NCBI GenBank assembly: GCA_016699425.1
Contig: CP064975.1
Span: forward strand, 654,098-718,097
Source of the DNA: Candidatus Moraniibacteriota bacterium
Lineage (GTDB): Bacteria; Patescibacteriota; Minisyncoccia; Moranbacterales; UBA1568
Reading direction: 5' to 3'
DNA: 64,000 nt
The notes beneath the pieces are model-generated. The model saw only the letters and a program-made list of their open reading frames with translations, did not search any database and was not told the DNA's origin. This document shows, piece after piece, positions 46,787 through 55,751 of this stretch. Made by a program: the position numbers and the translations under genes. Each line of letters starts with the position of its first letter. Positions within the stretch are counted from its first letter, which is position 1.

Positions 46787-48931
46787 TCAAGTCTCCTCGT
46801 CTTTCTCCTGCCGCGCTTCGTCGATGAGGGCTCGGACGGCACTCACATTGATATCCGGCTTGCGACGTATGGCCTTGAATTTTTTGGGTTCGATATGCTG
46901 TGCCTGAGAGAGTTTCATCGGTCGTTCAACTGAAGCATACACCCGGTGCTCCGAAGTGCGGTGATCTGTCCGGTTCGTCGGCCCATCTGTCGACTGTTGT
47001 CGGCCTGCAGGAGGGGTTTTCCCTGCGATCTGATTGCGCTCCCTGGCCACCGCTCGCTGATAGTCACGGAGACAGTCCTTGCAAAATGTCGGACGTGAGG
47101 CATCCGGCACAAACGGTACTTCGATCTCGAGACCACAAGTGGCACACACTGCCGGGTACAACACTTTCTCTGGGATGTTCACCGGCGCTTCGGTAGCCAA
47201 GGTCCCTTCGGCTGCCTCGAGCGTCGTGATAGCTGGCACGACTTCAGGTTTCGCTACAGACACCACCGGAGTCGGCATTGCTTCAAGGGGTTGGGTCGGG
47301 GTGTCCGACGACTCTTCTGGTAAATCAACAGCCACCAGCGGCGTCGCGACAGGTACCGAAACAGTTTCGGCTTTTACTCCTGGTTCCGCCATCACACGTG
47401 ACCGATCAGGCTCTGGCAGTTTCACTGGTATCGGCTGGGGAGCAATCGGCTTGGCCACTGGTTTTGGTGTCGGTGCTTCGACAACCCGTTCACGCTTCGT
47501 GATACTCTCGGTGCCATGCTGCGGCACACGCTCGCGCGGAGCCGGCCGAGGGGTCGGAGTACTCGGAGTACGTGAGGTAGTTGCTGGGCGCGGAGTGGCT
47601 GGTACTGCTAGCGGAGCACGAAGGGCTTGCTTCTCTTCTTCGGTCAGCATGCCGGTCCAGCGGCGGATCTTGTCCTCCACCTCTTCCCGCGCTGAAGCAT
47701 AGCGTTCTCGGGTCACTGCGATGACCTTGTCGTCGATACCCGGTGTCTCGACGAGGATCGGTGGCAAAGTCGTCGCCGAAAACGCATCCCCCGCGATCCC
47801 GTCGATCATGAGCTTCAGGTAGACCTGATACTTCGGCAAATTCACCATGTCATTCAACATGAAAACCGGCTCGAATTCTTTCTCGAGAAACTCCGCATCC
47901 ATCGCCCCGACGCGGAAGGAAATAATTGTCCCCGCGTTGCCGAAGATGGCGTCCCGGATCTCTTCTTCAAATTGAGTGATGTACTGATTGGCCAAGATGA
48001 GCGAGAGTCGATATTTACGTGCTTCTGAGAGGATGTTGGCAAATGAGAGGGTCGCAAAGTTCTGGAACTCATCGATGTAGAGGTAGAAGTCATTTCGCTC
48101 CTCCTCGGGCGTATCCACTCGGCCCATCGCGGCTTGCTGGATCTTCGTGACCATCATCGCGCCCAAGAGCGCTGTCGAGTCCTCACCAATCTTGCCCTTG
48201 GCGAGGTTCATGATGAGAATCTTCCTCTCGTCCATGATTTTCCGCACATCAAACGCGCTCGTCGGCTGGCCGATGATATTGCGGATGAGGCTATTCGAGG
48301 TGAACTGCCCGACCTTGTTCTGAATTGGCGAGATAACTTCCTGCAACACGCGCTCATTCCAACCGGCGAATTCGACAGTCCAGAATTGCTTCACTACCGG
48401 ATCGGTCACTTTCTCCATCACCCGCTCACGGTACGATTTGTCGACGAGGATGCGCATCACTCCCAAGAGCGTCGCACCCGGATATTCGAGGAGGGCGAGG
48501 ATGGCATTCCTGAGGATGTACTCAAGCCGCGGCCCCCACGAATCGGCCCAGATTTTCTTGAAGACACTGACGAGACCGGACGCGACGACTGAGCGTTGAT
48601 CGGCACCAACTTGCTCGAGCACATTGAAAGCGATCGGGAAGTCCTGGTCCGCCGGGTCGAAGTAGATAACGTCGTTGATACGCTCGGGCGGAATCGCCTT
48701 GATGAGTTTCAGGGCGACATCGCCGTGCGGGTCGATGAAGCAAATACCGTGACCCTGCTGGATATCCTGGATCGCCAGGTTCTCGAGCAAGTTGGTCTTA
48801 CCCATACCGGTCTTCCCCAAGATGTACATGTGCCGGCGCCGGTCATCGGCCTTGATACCGAAGACCCGCTCTTGATTGCGAAAATTGGTCTTAGCAAAGA
48901 CGGTAATCGGATTGGTATCGAGCTCGGACAT
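46787..48931 (-). CDS. FtsK/HerA/TraD-VirD4-like P-loop ATPase (DUF87/AAA_10-like) with a long Pro/Thr/Ala-rich linker and a C-terminal zinc ribbon
   Basis: Walker A 'HMYILGKTGMGKTNLL' and 'GICFIDPHGD' (compare TraD '...VDPNGD'), and Walker B 'FYLYIDEFQNF'. A low-complexity ~250 aa region (TPRPATTSRTPSTPTPRPAP...) ends in 'CATCGLEIEVPFVPDASRPTFCKDCL', a CxxC...CxxC ribbon. Confidence 0.55.
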   Translation of the reverse strand: MSELDTNPITVFAKTNFRNQERVFGIKADDRRRHMYILGKTGMGKTNLLENLAIQDIQQGHGICFIDPHGDVALKLIKAIPPERINDVIYFDPADQDFPIAFNVLEQVGADQRSVVASGLVSVFKKIWADSWGPRLEYILRNAILALLEYPGATLLGVMRILVDKSYRERVMEKVTDPVVKQFWTVEFAGWNERVLQEVISPIQNKVGQFTSNSLIRNIIGQPTSAFDVRKIMDERKILIMNLAKGKIGEDSTALLGAMMVTKIQQAAMGRVDTPEEERNDFYLYIDEFQNFATLSFANILSEARKYRLSLILANQYITQFEEEIRDAIFGNAGTIISFRVGAMDAEFLEKEFEPVFMLNDMVNLPKYQVYLKLMIDGIAGDAFSATTLPPILVETPGIDDKVIAVTRERYASAREEVEDKIRRWTGMLTEEEKQALRAPLAVPATPRPATTSRTPSTPTPRPAPRERVPQHGTESITKRERVVEAPTPKPVAKPIAPQPIPVKLPEPDRSRVMAEPGVKAETVSVPVATPLVAVDLPEESSDTPTQPLEAMPTPVVSVAKPEVVPAITTLEAAEGTLATEAPVNIPEKVLYPAVCATCGLEIEVPFVPDASRPTFCKDCLRDYQRAVARERNQIAGKTPPAGRQQSTDGPTNRTDHRTSEHRVYASVERPMKLSQAQHIEPKKFKAIRRKPDINVSAVRALIDEARQEKDEET

Positions 48932-48994
48932 ACTTCAGATGCGTTGATCTTTTAGAGGGAAAGAAATCGGCCTACCGAACGGCCAGAGTGCTCA

Positions 48995-50272
48995 TCATTG
49001 TACCGGCAAATTGCCCGGCGCGCCACCCCGCTTCGTCATGACGCGCGAGAACGACGGAGCGAGCACCTGCATATCCGGGAGGTGATAGATAGTTGCCAAT
49101 TCTTCGGATGAAAACATGAACCGGTTTTCCTGAGGATCGGGATCACGCGTGATATACCGGCGGAGGAGTCGGCGCTGCCGATACCGGAGACGCGGCTCGA
49201 CCATAACATAGCTCGCATAGGTCTTGGTGAGATCGTCTGGTATCATGCTATTCATCGCGAGATCATTGAATTGTTTGATGGCCCCGATAAACGCCGAGAC
49301 TCCCGTCGCTTTGGAAAAGTGCTCCTTCTTCCCAAGATAGACATGGCGCATTTTGATCTTGAACATCGGTTTCCCGATATTGCTCTCGAGCGCTTTCAGG
49401 ATATCCTTCTGTCCGGGTGTGAGACGGAATTCGACGGGCTGTTCCTCGGCTTTGGCCGCCTCCTCCTGGCTGGTCCACTCCAGTTCACTCCCCATCATGC
49501 CGGAAAACAGGTTATGAAAAACGTCAGCCAGGTCATGCCAAACGCGTGAAAATATTCCCGGCCGCTCGACTTCCTCATGACCGAGAAATTCTTCGATGGT
49601 TAGCGCGCCTTTCTTCGGGCCCCAGTCCTCCTTCACCGGCGTCGCGATGAATTGCAGCCAGAGATGCTGCCCCGGACCGAGCTTCCCCATGGTTTCGATC
49701 AGTCCGGCCATTGGGTCGAGCATCTTGCCGGTCACCGATTCCTCGAAAAATTTGTAGGTCCGAATTGGATAGAGATCGGGCTTGAGGAGCTTGAACTCCG
49801 TCCCCCAGAGGTCCCAGTCCTTGTTCGGCACGGTCCGCGGCACCTGCTTCGTATAATCCTCGGCTTCCACGATCTCGACATCCGGGTACTGGGCATAGAA
49901 ATGCGCTTCGACCAGATTGCGAAACGCCTTCTGCGTCCGGATGAACATATGGACCTTGCCCTCAGCACTCACGAGCTCGAGCGAAAAACTCACCGGGTAT
50001 TCACCGAGGATGAATTCTTCATACGCCGATGATGTTTTGATCACTCCAGCAAACCCAGAGTAGATGAGCTCCATCGGATGCGGGCTCTTCTCCAGCAGTT
50101 TCGGAGCGACGATCTCGAGCAGCACCCATTCGATCTTGCCCCCGAACACATTGTTCCGGCTATCGATCCAGAGAAATATGAAAATCGGGTAAAAAATGAA
50201 CGGAATGATATAGAACCAAACATCGCTTGCGACTGAAGCGATAGTGGCTATGTTATGGAAAAATTCGAACAT
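48995..50272 (-). CDS. Membrane-anchored protein of unknown function, probable partner of the downstream ATPase
   Basis: An N-terminal TM hairpin ('VWFYIIPFIFYPIFIFLWI'), then a ~370 aa soluble domain. It lies 63 bp upstream on the same strand as the ATPase. Confidence 0.4.
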   Translation of the reverse strand: MFEFFHNIATIASVASDVWFYIIPFIFYPIFIFLWIDSRNNVFGGKIEWVLLEIVAPKLLEKSPHPMELIYSGFAGVIKTSSAYEEFILGEYPVSFSLELVSAEGKVHMFIRTQKAFRNLVEAHFYAQYPDVEIVEAEDYTKQVPRTVPNKDWDLWGTEFKLLKPDLYPIRTYKFFEESVTGKMLDPMAGLIETMGKLGPGQHLWLQFIATPVKEDWGPKKGALTIEEFLGHEEVERPGIFSRVWHDLADVFHNLFSGMMGSELEWTSQEEAAKAEEQPVEFRLTPGQKDILKALESNIGKPMFKIKMRHVYLGKKEHFSKATGVSAFIGAIKQFNDLAMNSMIPDDLTKTYASYVMVEPRLRYRQRRLLRRYITRDPDPQENRFMFSSEELATIYHLPDMQVLAPSFSRVMTKRGGAPGNLPVQ

Positions 50273-50423
50273 GCGACAGTGTCACTACATTACGAAGAAC
50301 GTTGTCTTCATCTAGCAGTATAAAGAGTTTTCACCCGGGAGCAAACTCCTTCCCATCCCGAGTGCTCTCGATGAGTCCCGCTACTCAGGAACGTACCAAA
50401 ACTATTCAGTTCAGGAACCCGAG

Positions 50424-51500
50424 TTACCGCTGCTTGTCAGAAAGAGAATAGATGTTCTTCCCAACCTTTGTGAAGAAGCTGTTGAGATTGATGATCACGG
50501 TCGAACGCTTTACTTGACGGACCTTCATGACCGCCTTCAGGAGTTCTTCACGCGTCATCGGTGTCTCGTGTTCCTTCAAAATGGACGAGAGTACCTCGCG
50601 GACCGTGCCCGGACGGAAACCCCAATCGGAGAGCGCATAGGTCCCGCGTCCGACCAAGACGAAACGCTGGTCCTTGATGAGTTCATTATGCACCGTCTGT
50701 GGATGCGTCTTCTTGCCGGTCTTGTAGAGGCCGTGTTCATCGATGAGACGAGCAATCTCACGGAAATGCAGTGGCTTCTTCATTACCTGGAGGATGAGGT
50801 GGGCGCGCTCGCGAGTTCCGCGCGGACGAACCGCACTCCAGTGCGAGAGACCATAGCGACCGAAAGCATTCTTCTCGATTTCAGCCGATGGCGCAATGAA
50901 TGACTCGAACGTCTCTTTCGTGAGGTCAGTGTCCCCCGACTGCTTCACATACATCGAATAGAGTTCTTCCAGTGACTGGACTTCACCAGATTTTTGAAGG
51001 AGGTTCGTTACTGACGTAATCATCGCTTCCCACTCGTCCAGCGAAAAAGCATCCGTTGTGACCACCAATTTCCGCTCGGCCGTCTCTTTGCTAATCTGGA
51101 CACCGGGAAATGCCGGGAGGAGCGCAAGCAGCGATTTTTGTTCTGATACTTTCCCTCCACCGAGGGCCGCGAGCAAATCATCCACGGACAGAATACCGCC
51201 GCGCGCCTGCACCGTCTCGATGACGCGCCTCACGAGAATGTGGTCACCTGCCTCTGCCATGACTTCCTTGACCCGCTTCATGATGACATCGACGATCTGA
51301 CGAACTCGTTCGCGCGTGATGCCGTGAGTCTTCCCGATTTCCTCAAGGGTCTTTTCCTGACCATCAGAAACACCATAACGCTCACGTGTGATAACTCCGG
51401 AACGCTCTGGGAAAGACGACAACAGAGCACCCAAAAGCTCTTCGGCAGAGCGGGTGCTTGACAGACGAGTGGAATCGATCGGTTTCCTTCTTTCAGCCAT
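50424..51500 (-). CDS. DNA-binding protein with an N-terminal sigma-70 region-4-like HTH and a C-terminal HARE-HTH-like winged helix
   Basis: 'EKTLEEIGKTHGITRERVRQIVDVIMKRV' is like RpoD region 4.2 ('TLEEVG..F.VTRERIRQIE'). The C-terminus 'LHFREIARLIDEHGLYKTGKKTHPQTVHNELIKDQRFVLVGRGTYALSDW' resembles HARE-HTH. No sigma region 2 is present. Confidence 0.45.
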   Translation of the reverse strand: MAERRKPIDSTRLSSTRSAEELLGALLSSFPERSGVITRERYGVSDGQEKTLEEIGKTHGITRERVRQIVDVIMKRVKEVMAEAGDHILVRRVIETVQARGGILSVDDLLAALGGGKVSEQKSLLALLPAFPGVQISKETAERKLVVTTDAFSLDEWEAMITSVTNLLQKSGEVQSLEELYSMYVKQSGDTDLTKETFESFIAPSAEIEKNAFGRYGLSHWSAVRPRGTRERAHLILQVMKKPLHFREIARLIDEHGLYKTGKKTHPQTVHNELIKDQRFVLVGRGTYALSDWGFRPGTVREVLSSILKEHETPMTREELLKAVMKVRQVKRSTVIINLNSFFTKVGKNIYSLSDKQR

Positions 51501-51617
51501 AAAAAACTTCAGTAATTAGCATTTCTGAGAACGCCTCATATTAACGCATATTACCATATTTTGTCAAGAGCCGTAATAGAACCGACATTCTCCGGTCCAG
51601 TTTCCTCTCGATCACAG

Positions 51618-51647
51618 TTTGCAGTTGACAAATATGTCTTGTATAAT
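51618..51647 (+). promoter_or_regulatory. Candidate sigma-70-type promoter for gene 51707..52474
   Basis: TTTGCA, an 18-bp spacer and TATAAT (51642-51647), lying ~60 bp upstream of the start codon. Confidence 0.25.
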
Positions 51648-51706
51648 TTCAGACAGGGAAACGCCAAAGAAAGTTTCCCTCTAAAAACAGAGACAACAAA
51701 AAAAGT

Positions 51707-52474
51707 ATGGCTGATTCTTCGACCGAACCCAATTCCCAAACTGCTCCGGACAATGGCAACAAGATCCAAGCCCTCCGGGACATGATTTTGAACGCTGAAC
51801 GCACCATCCAAGGAGCCAAGGCGATGCTGCTCCAGATTGAGGGAAAGAAGAAAACTGGCCGGCCGAAGAAGTCAGATGATGATGCGCTCGGGATTGTGGT
51901 TGAGGGTACCTTTGATGGCCAGATCATGCTCGGAACGGATGGCAAGCAATATCCTGTTCCCGCCAATTACGCGTCCAAGTCCAAACTCGTCGAAGGTGAC
52001 ATGCTGAAGCTCACCATCACTCCCGATGGCTCGTTCATCTACAAACAAATTGGACCGATTGACCGGCGCCATGCCATCGGCATCGTGAGTCAGGACGAAA
52101 ACGGCAATTACCACATCGTGGTTGAGGGTGAACCGTTTCGTGTCCTGCTCGCTTCCATCACCTATTTCCGAGCTGAGCCAGGTGATGAAGTCGCTGTCAC
52201 CATGCCCCGCGATCTCTCGGCCTCCTGGGTTGCGATCGAGAACATCCTGCAGAAAGGTGCTTTCGGAGCACCCGCCCCGATTGTGAAGCCCGCCGGCGAA
52301 CGCCACTTGAACGCCGACTGGAAGAAAGATCTCGCCGAAAAGAAACCAGTTGATACTCCAGTCCCAGCCGAACCAGCCGTCCCCGACGCGACCGCCAATG
52401 CCAACCTCTCCCCGCTCGATGCCTGGGTGAAAGACATGGAAGCGATCGAGAAGGAGATCGCCGAAGGACGCTAG
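51707..52474 (+). CDS. Hypothetical protein (255 aa)
   Basis: Protein-like composition with a C-terminal acidic/Pro-rich tail. No domain recognised. Confidence 0.4.
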   Translation: MADSSTEPNSQTAPDNGNKIQALRDMILNAERTIQGAKAMLLQIEGKKKTGRPKKSDDDALGIVVEGTFDGQIMLGTDGKQYPVPANYASKSKLVEGDMLKLTITPDGSFIYKQIGPIDRRHAIGIVSQDENGNYHIVVEGEPFRVLLASITYFRAEPGDEVAVTMPRDLSASWVAIENILQKGAFGAPAPIVKPAGERHLNADWKKDLAEKKPVDTPVPAEPAVPDATANANLSPLDAWVKDMEAIEKEIAEGR

Positions 52475-52514
52475 TGCAGTACATAAATTATTCTATACTT
52501 CGTCACCCAATATC

Positions 52515-53006
52515 ATGGAAACTCCTGTTGTCACAGTCGAGAGCGCAGTCGTCGTTGGAGCTGAAAATCGAGTGGTCCGCATCGTAAAGCAGTTCTCGAA
52601 ATTCATCATCGTCGGCGGAGTAAATACGGGAATTGATTTTCTCGTTTTGAATATTCTTATGTTCATGACGCACATCAATTCCGGACCGATGCTTTTTGTG
52701 CTGAATTGCATTTCGTTCTCTGTCGCAGTCGTCAACAGTTACTATATGAATCGACGCTGGACCTTCAAAGAGGCAGCGGCGGGGCTGGGCGAAAAGAAAG
52801 CCACTGTCCAATTCTCACAATTCTTTGTGGTTTCGGTCATCGGTATTATCCTGAACGGTACCGTCCTCACTGGCATCACCTCGGCGATTACCGCACCGTT
52901 CGGCATCGGGCCCCAACTCTGGGCCAATGTTGCCAAGCTCTTCGCGACCGGTGTCTCGCTCGTCTGGAACTTTATCGGCTACAAGCTCTTCGTCTTCAAG
53001 AAATAG
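52515..53006 (+). CDS. GtrA-family membrane protein (polysaccharide synthesis/flippase accessory)
   Basis: 'FSKFIIVGGVNTGIDFLVLNILMF' and 'RRWTFKE' are GtrA-like motifs. The protein has 4 TM helices. Confidence 0.6.
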   Translation: METPVVTVESAVVVGAENRVVRIVKQFSKFIIVGGVNTGIDFLVLNILMFMTHINSGPMLFVLNCISFSVAVVNSYYMNRRWTFKEAAAGLGEKKATVQFSQFFVVSVIGIILNGTVLTGITSAITAPFGIGPQLWANVAKLFATGVSLVWNFIGYKLFVFKK

Positions 53007-53103
53007 CTCCCCGCTCGATCCTAGCCCCGCTCAAACGGCGGGGTTTTGTTTTGCTCGCCCGAAGACGGTATAATAGGAGTCACTGTTTCACCCTACACGA
53101 ATT

Positions 53104-54738
53104 ATGTCCGAAACCTTCTACCGCAAATACCGCCCGCTCCAATTCAAAGACGTCATTGGACAAGAAACGGCTGTCACCGTCCTCACTCAGAGCCTCGTCA
53201 CAGGGAAACTCGCTCATGCCTATCTCTTCACTGGACCGCGCGGCACCGGTAAGACGACCTTGGCCCGCCTCTTCGCACGTGCGCTCAACTGCTCCAGTCG
53301 GAAAGACAAATCTGCGGAACCCTGCGGACGGTGTACGCATTGTCTCGCGATGGCCGATGGCCGTTCACTCGATGTCATCGAGATCGATGCTGCTTCCCAC
53401 ACCGGGGTCGACAATATCCGTGAACTCCGCGAGACCGTCACGAGCGCCCCGGTTCTCGGCAGCCACAAAGTCTATATCATTGACGAGGCGCACATGCTCT
53501 CCATCGGTGCCTGGAATGCTCTCCTGAAGACCCTCGAGGAACCGCCCGCCCATGTCGTCTTCGTCCTCGCCACTACCAACGCCGCCAAAGTACCCGAAAC
53601 CATCCTTTCCCGTACCCTACGTCTCGACCTGCGTCGCTTCCCCGTAGAAATGATCGTGACCAAGCTCGAAAAGATCGCCAAAGCTGAAAAACTGAAGGTC
53701 GAGAAAGACGCTCTCACCCTTATAGCCCGTACCGCTCAGGGCGGGATGCGCGATGCCGAAGTACTCTTCACCCAGATCGCGACGCTCGAGGAGTCCCCCA
53801 TCGATGCGGCCCGGGTCGCACTCCTCCTCGGGACGACAACCCTCGCCGCCAATCACGCTCTCATGCAGGCCGTTGCTGAGCGCGATCTGACCCGTGCTTT
53901 TGCGACCGTCACCGAACTGAAAGACACCGGTGCCCAGCTCGCCGGCTTCACTCTGTCGCTCCTCGAATACTGCCGCAAGCTTCTCTTCGCATCCGTCGAT
54001 AGGGCAACAGCGGAGAAACTCATCGATGATTTCACGAAAGAAGAAAAGGCCGAGCTCTTCACGCTCGCCACGACCCTCGGTTCCAGCCGTATCGTCGAAT
54101 GCCTCGAGCGTTTCCAGGAGGCCGACCGCCTCATCAAGGTCTCGCCGCTCCCGGAGCTTCCGATCGAGATCGCTCTGGTGAAGCTCATCCAAAGCGAACA
54201 GCCGCCCATCATAGCTTCAGCTGCGCCGAAAGTCACACCTCTGGCGGCGCCCGCGAGCCAGCCGAAAGTGGTCACTCCCGATCGATCCCAGCCCGCTCCA
54301 GCTGCTCCCAGCGCACCCGAGAAGTCAGCTTTGACCCCCACCTCAGTACTATCCTCTGCCGAGGAAGAACGGGCCGAGACTGATGCTCCAGTCGATCTCG
54401 GGCTGGCACTCCGCCAGTGGCCCGCTATCATGACTCATGCCCTCCGGCTGAACGCCTCGCTCGGTGTCGCCCTCTCGACGGCCACACCTGTCATCAAAAG
54501 CGAAAAGCTCTTGCTCCAGGTGAAGTATCCCTTTCACAAAGAGCGCCTGGAGCAAAAGTCGAATCGATTGACACTCGACCAGGCCTTTGTTACGATCTTG
54601 GGGTTTCGTACGCCGTGGAGCATCACCACGGAGAAAGATGCCGCGACTGAGGCACCTGCCGCCTCAGCTGAACGCCCCGCCATCATCGATGAAGCAATAA
54701 GCATGCTCGGTGGCCAGCTCGTTCAAGAGAGTTCCTAG
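53104..54738 (+). CDS. dnaX: DNA polymerase III subunit gamma/tau
   Basis: 'FYRKYRPLQFKDVIGQE...LAHAYLFTGPRGTGKTTLARLFARALNC' and the Zn module 'CGRCTHC', then 'VYIIDEAHMLS' and sensor 'LKTLEEPPAHVVFVLATT'. Confidence 0.85.
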   Translation: MSETFYRKYRPLQFKDVIGQETAVTVLTQSLVTGKLAHAYLFTGPRGTGKTTLARLFARALNCSSRKDKSAEPCGRCTHCLAMADGRSLDVIEIDAASHTGVDNIRELRETVTSAPVLGSHKVYIIDEAHMLSIGAWNALLKTLEEPPAHVVFVLATTNAAKVPETILSRTLRLDLRRFPVEMIVTKLEKIAKAEKLKVEKDALTLIARTAQGGMRDAEVLFTQIATLEESPIDAARVALLLGTTTLAANHALMQAVAERDLTRAFATVTELKDTGAQLAGFTLSLLEYCRKLLFASVDRATAEKLIDDFTKEEKAELFTLATTLGSSRIVECLERFQEADRLIKVSPLPELPIEIALVKLIQSEQPPIIASAAPKVTPLAAPASQPKVVTPDRSQPAPAAPSAPEKSALTPTSVLSSAEEERAETDAPVDLGLALRQWPAIMTHALRLNASLGVALSTATPVIKSEKLLLQVKYPFHKERLEQKSNRLTLDQAFVTILGFRTPWSITTEKDAATEAPAASAERPAIIDEAISMLGGQLVQESS

Positions 54739-54820
54739 AGGCTATAAAACTTAGGGGTTAGAGAGAACACTGGCTCAGCTCTCTAGAATCTATCTTCTAG
54801 TCACTAGTAACTGAATTTAA

Positions 54821-54892
54821 TGGGGAGTAGCCAAGTGGTAAGGCAGGGGCCTTTGAAGCCTCCATGCGATGGTTCGATCCCATCCTCCCCAG
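54821..54892 (+). tRNA. tRNA-Gln (anticodon UUG)
   Basis: Manual fold: acceptor TGGGGAG/CTCCCCA with U1:A72 (typical of bacterial tRNA-Gln), D-arm GCC-AAGTGGTAA-GGC, anticodon stem GGGGC/GCCTC with loop CTTTGAA (anticodon TTG), T-arm GATGG-TTCGATC-CCATC and discriminator G. CCA is not encoded. Confidence 0.75.
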
Positions 54893-54913
54893 CATAAAGA
54901 ACATCTTGTAAAT

Positions 54914-55480
54914 ATGGATATCGGTATTTGGGGAGACAGCATTACGTATGGCGAAGGCGATCGTGAAGGTCTGGGATGGGTAGGAAGACTCCGAAGATCA
55001 CGCCTCACTACTGACTATTGCGTTTATAATTTTGGTGTCTGTGGCGATACCACAGAAGACCTCTTGAAACGTTTTGTTATAGAAGCAAATTCAATTCAGC
55101 CAGATATAGTGGTGTTTGCTATAGGTATCAATGATTCAAAGATTCCAGCAAATGAAACTGCCAATAAAGTTACGATTGAAAAGTATCAGAAAAATATTCA
55201 AGAGCTCCTTAAGATGGCTAGAGGCTATACGGATAAGATTTATATAGTTGGGGCAACAAAAGTGAACGATCAGACCATAAGAGACAGCGGGACAAGATTT
55301 AAAAACGAAACTATTCAAACGTATAATAAATACCTCAAAGAGCTGTCTTTATCAGAAAACCTTATTTTCATAGATGTGTTTGAGATTCTGGATACAAACA
55401 ATGACTTAGAAGATGGGTTACATCCAAACGCTCGAGGTTACGAAAAGCTTTATCAGATTTTAAGCAAACTTGTAAAATAA
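54914..55480 (+). CDS. SGNH/GDSL-family hydrolase
   Basis: 'IGIWGDSITYGEGD' is the GDS(L) block I, and a block V-like 'DGLHPNARGYEKL' (DxxH) is present. The start is at the ATG at 54914, because the track start at 54869 lies inside the tRNA. Confidence 0.65.
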   Translation: MDIGIWGDSITYGEGDREGLGWVGRLRRSRLTTDYCVYNFGVCGDTTEDLLKRFVIEANSIQPDIVVFAIGINDSKIPANETANKVTIEKYQKNIQELLKMARGYTDKIYIVGATKVNDQTIRDSGTRFKNETIQTYNKYLKELSLSENLIFIDVFEILDTNNDLEDGLHPNARGYEKLYQILSKLVK

Positions 55481-55500
55481 TTTTAGTTCCTCAGCTACGC

Positions 55501-55540
55501 CTTTCCAATCTTCAGTTCTGAACACATCCAATAAGACCAG
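55501..55540 (+). repeat. Intergenic repeat family A, copy 1
   Basis: 'CTTTCCAATCTTCAGTTCTGAACACATCCAATAAGACCAG' fits the consensus ..TTTTTCCAATC.ACAGTTC.GAACAC.TATCCAATAAGCC.AG. Confidence 0.6.
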
Positions 55541-55716
55541 CTTTTGTTAACGGAAATACCCCTTGTGGGTGTTATTGTTTATAATGGGACGGATGGGAGC
55601 GAACAGGAAAGGCCTGCCTGCCGGTAGGCAGGGGTCGGGAAAACGGAAGTTTTCCTGTGGCGGAGAGCAGCGAGTCATCGAGTGTTGAGAACCGAGGGGT
55701 TCTCAAAGAGCGAAGC

Positions 55717-55745
55717 GAGTAAGATTCCCATCCTCCCCAGCACAC
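55717..55745 (+). repeat. Degenerate direct repeat of the tRNA-Gln 3' end (att-like)
   Basis: 'GCGAGTAAGATTCCCATCCTCCCCAGCA' parallels the tRNA 3' end 'GCGATGGTTCGATCCCATCCTCCCCAGCA'. The last 17 nt are identical. It lies 850 bp downstream of the tRNA. Confidence 0.6.
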
Positions 55746-55751
55746 AAACTT

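Noticed and set aside
50424-51500. Calling the sigma region-4-containing protein an RNA polymerase sigma factor
   Set aside because: It has no region 2 (-10 recognition/core binding), and its C-terminus looks like HARE-HTH. It is annotated as a DNA-binding protein only.
51618-51647. 'Perfect' promoter TTGACA / TATAAT at 51625 and 51642
   Set aside because: The spacer between those two hexamers is only 11 bp. I kept a weaker TTTGCA-18-TATAAT reading at low confidence.
54869-54913. Track start of the SGNH hydrolase ORF inside the tRNA-Gln gene
   Set aside because: The ORF extension merely reads through the tRNA. The first ATG after the tRNA (54914) sits directly before the GDS motif.
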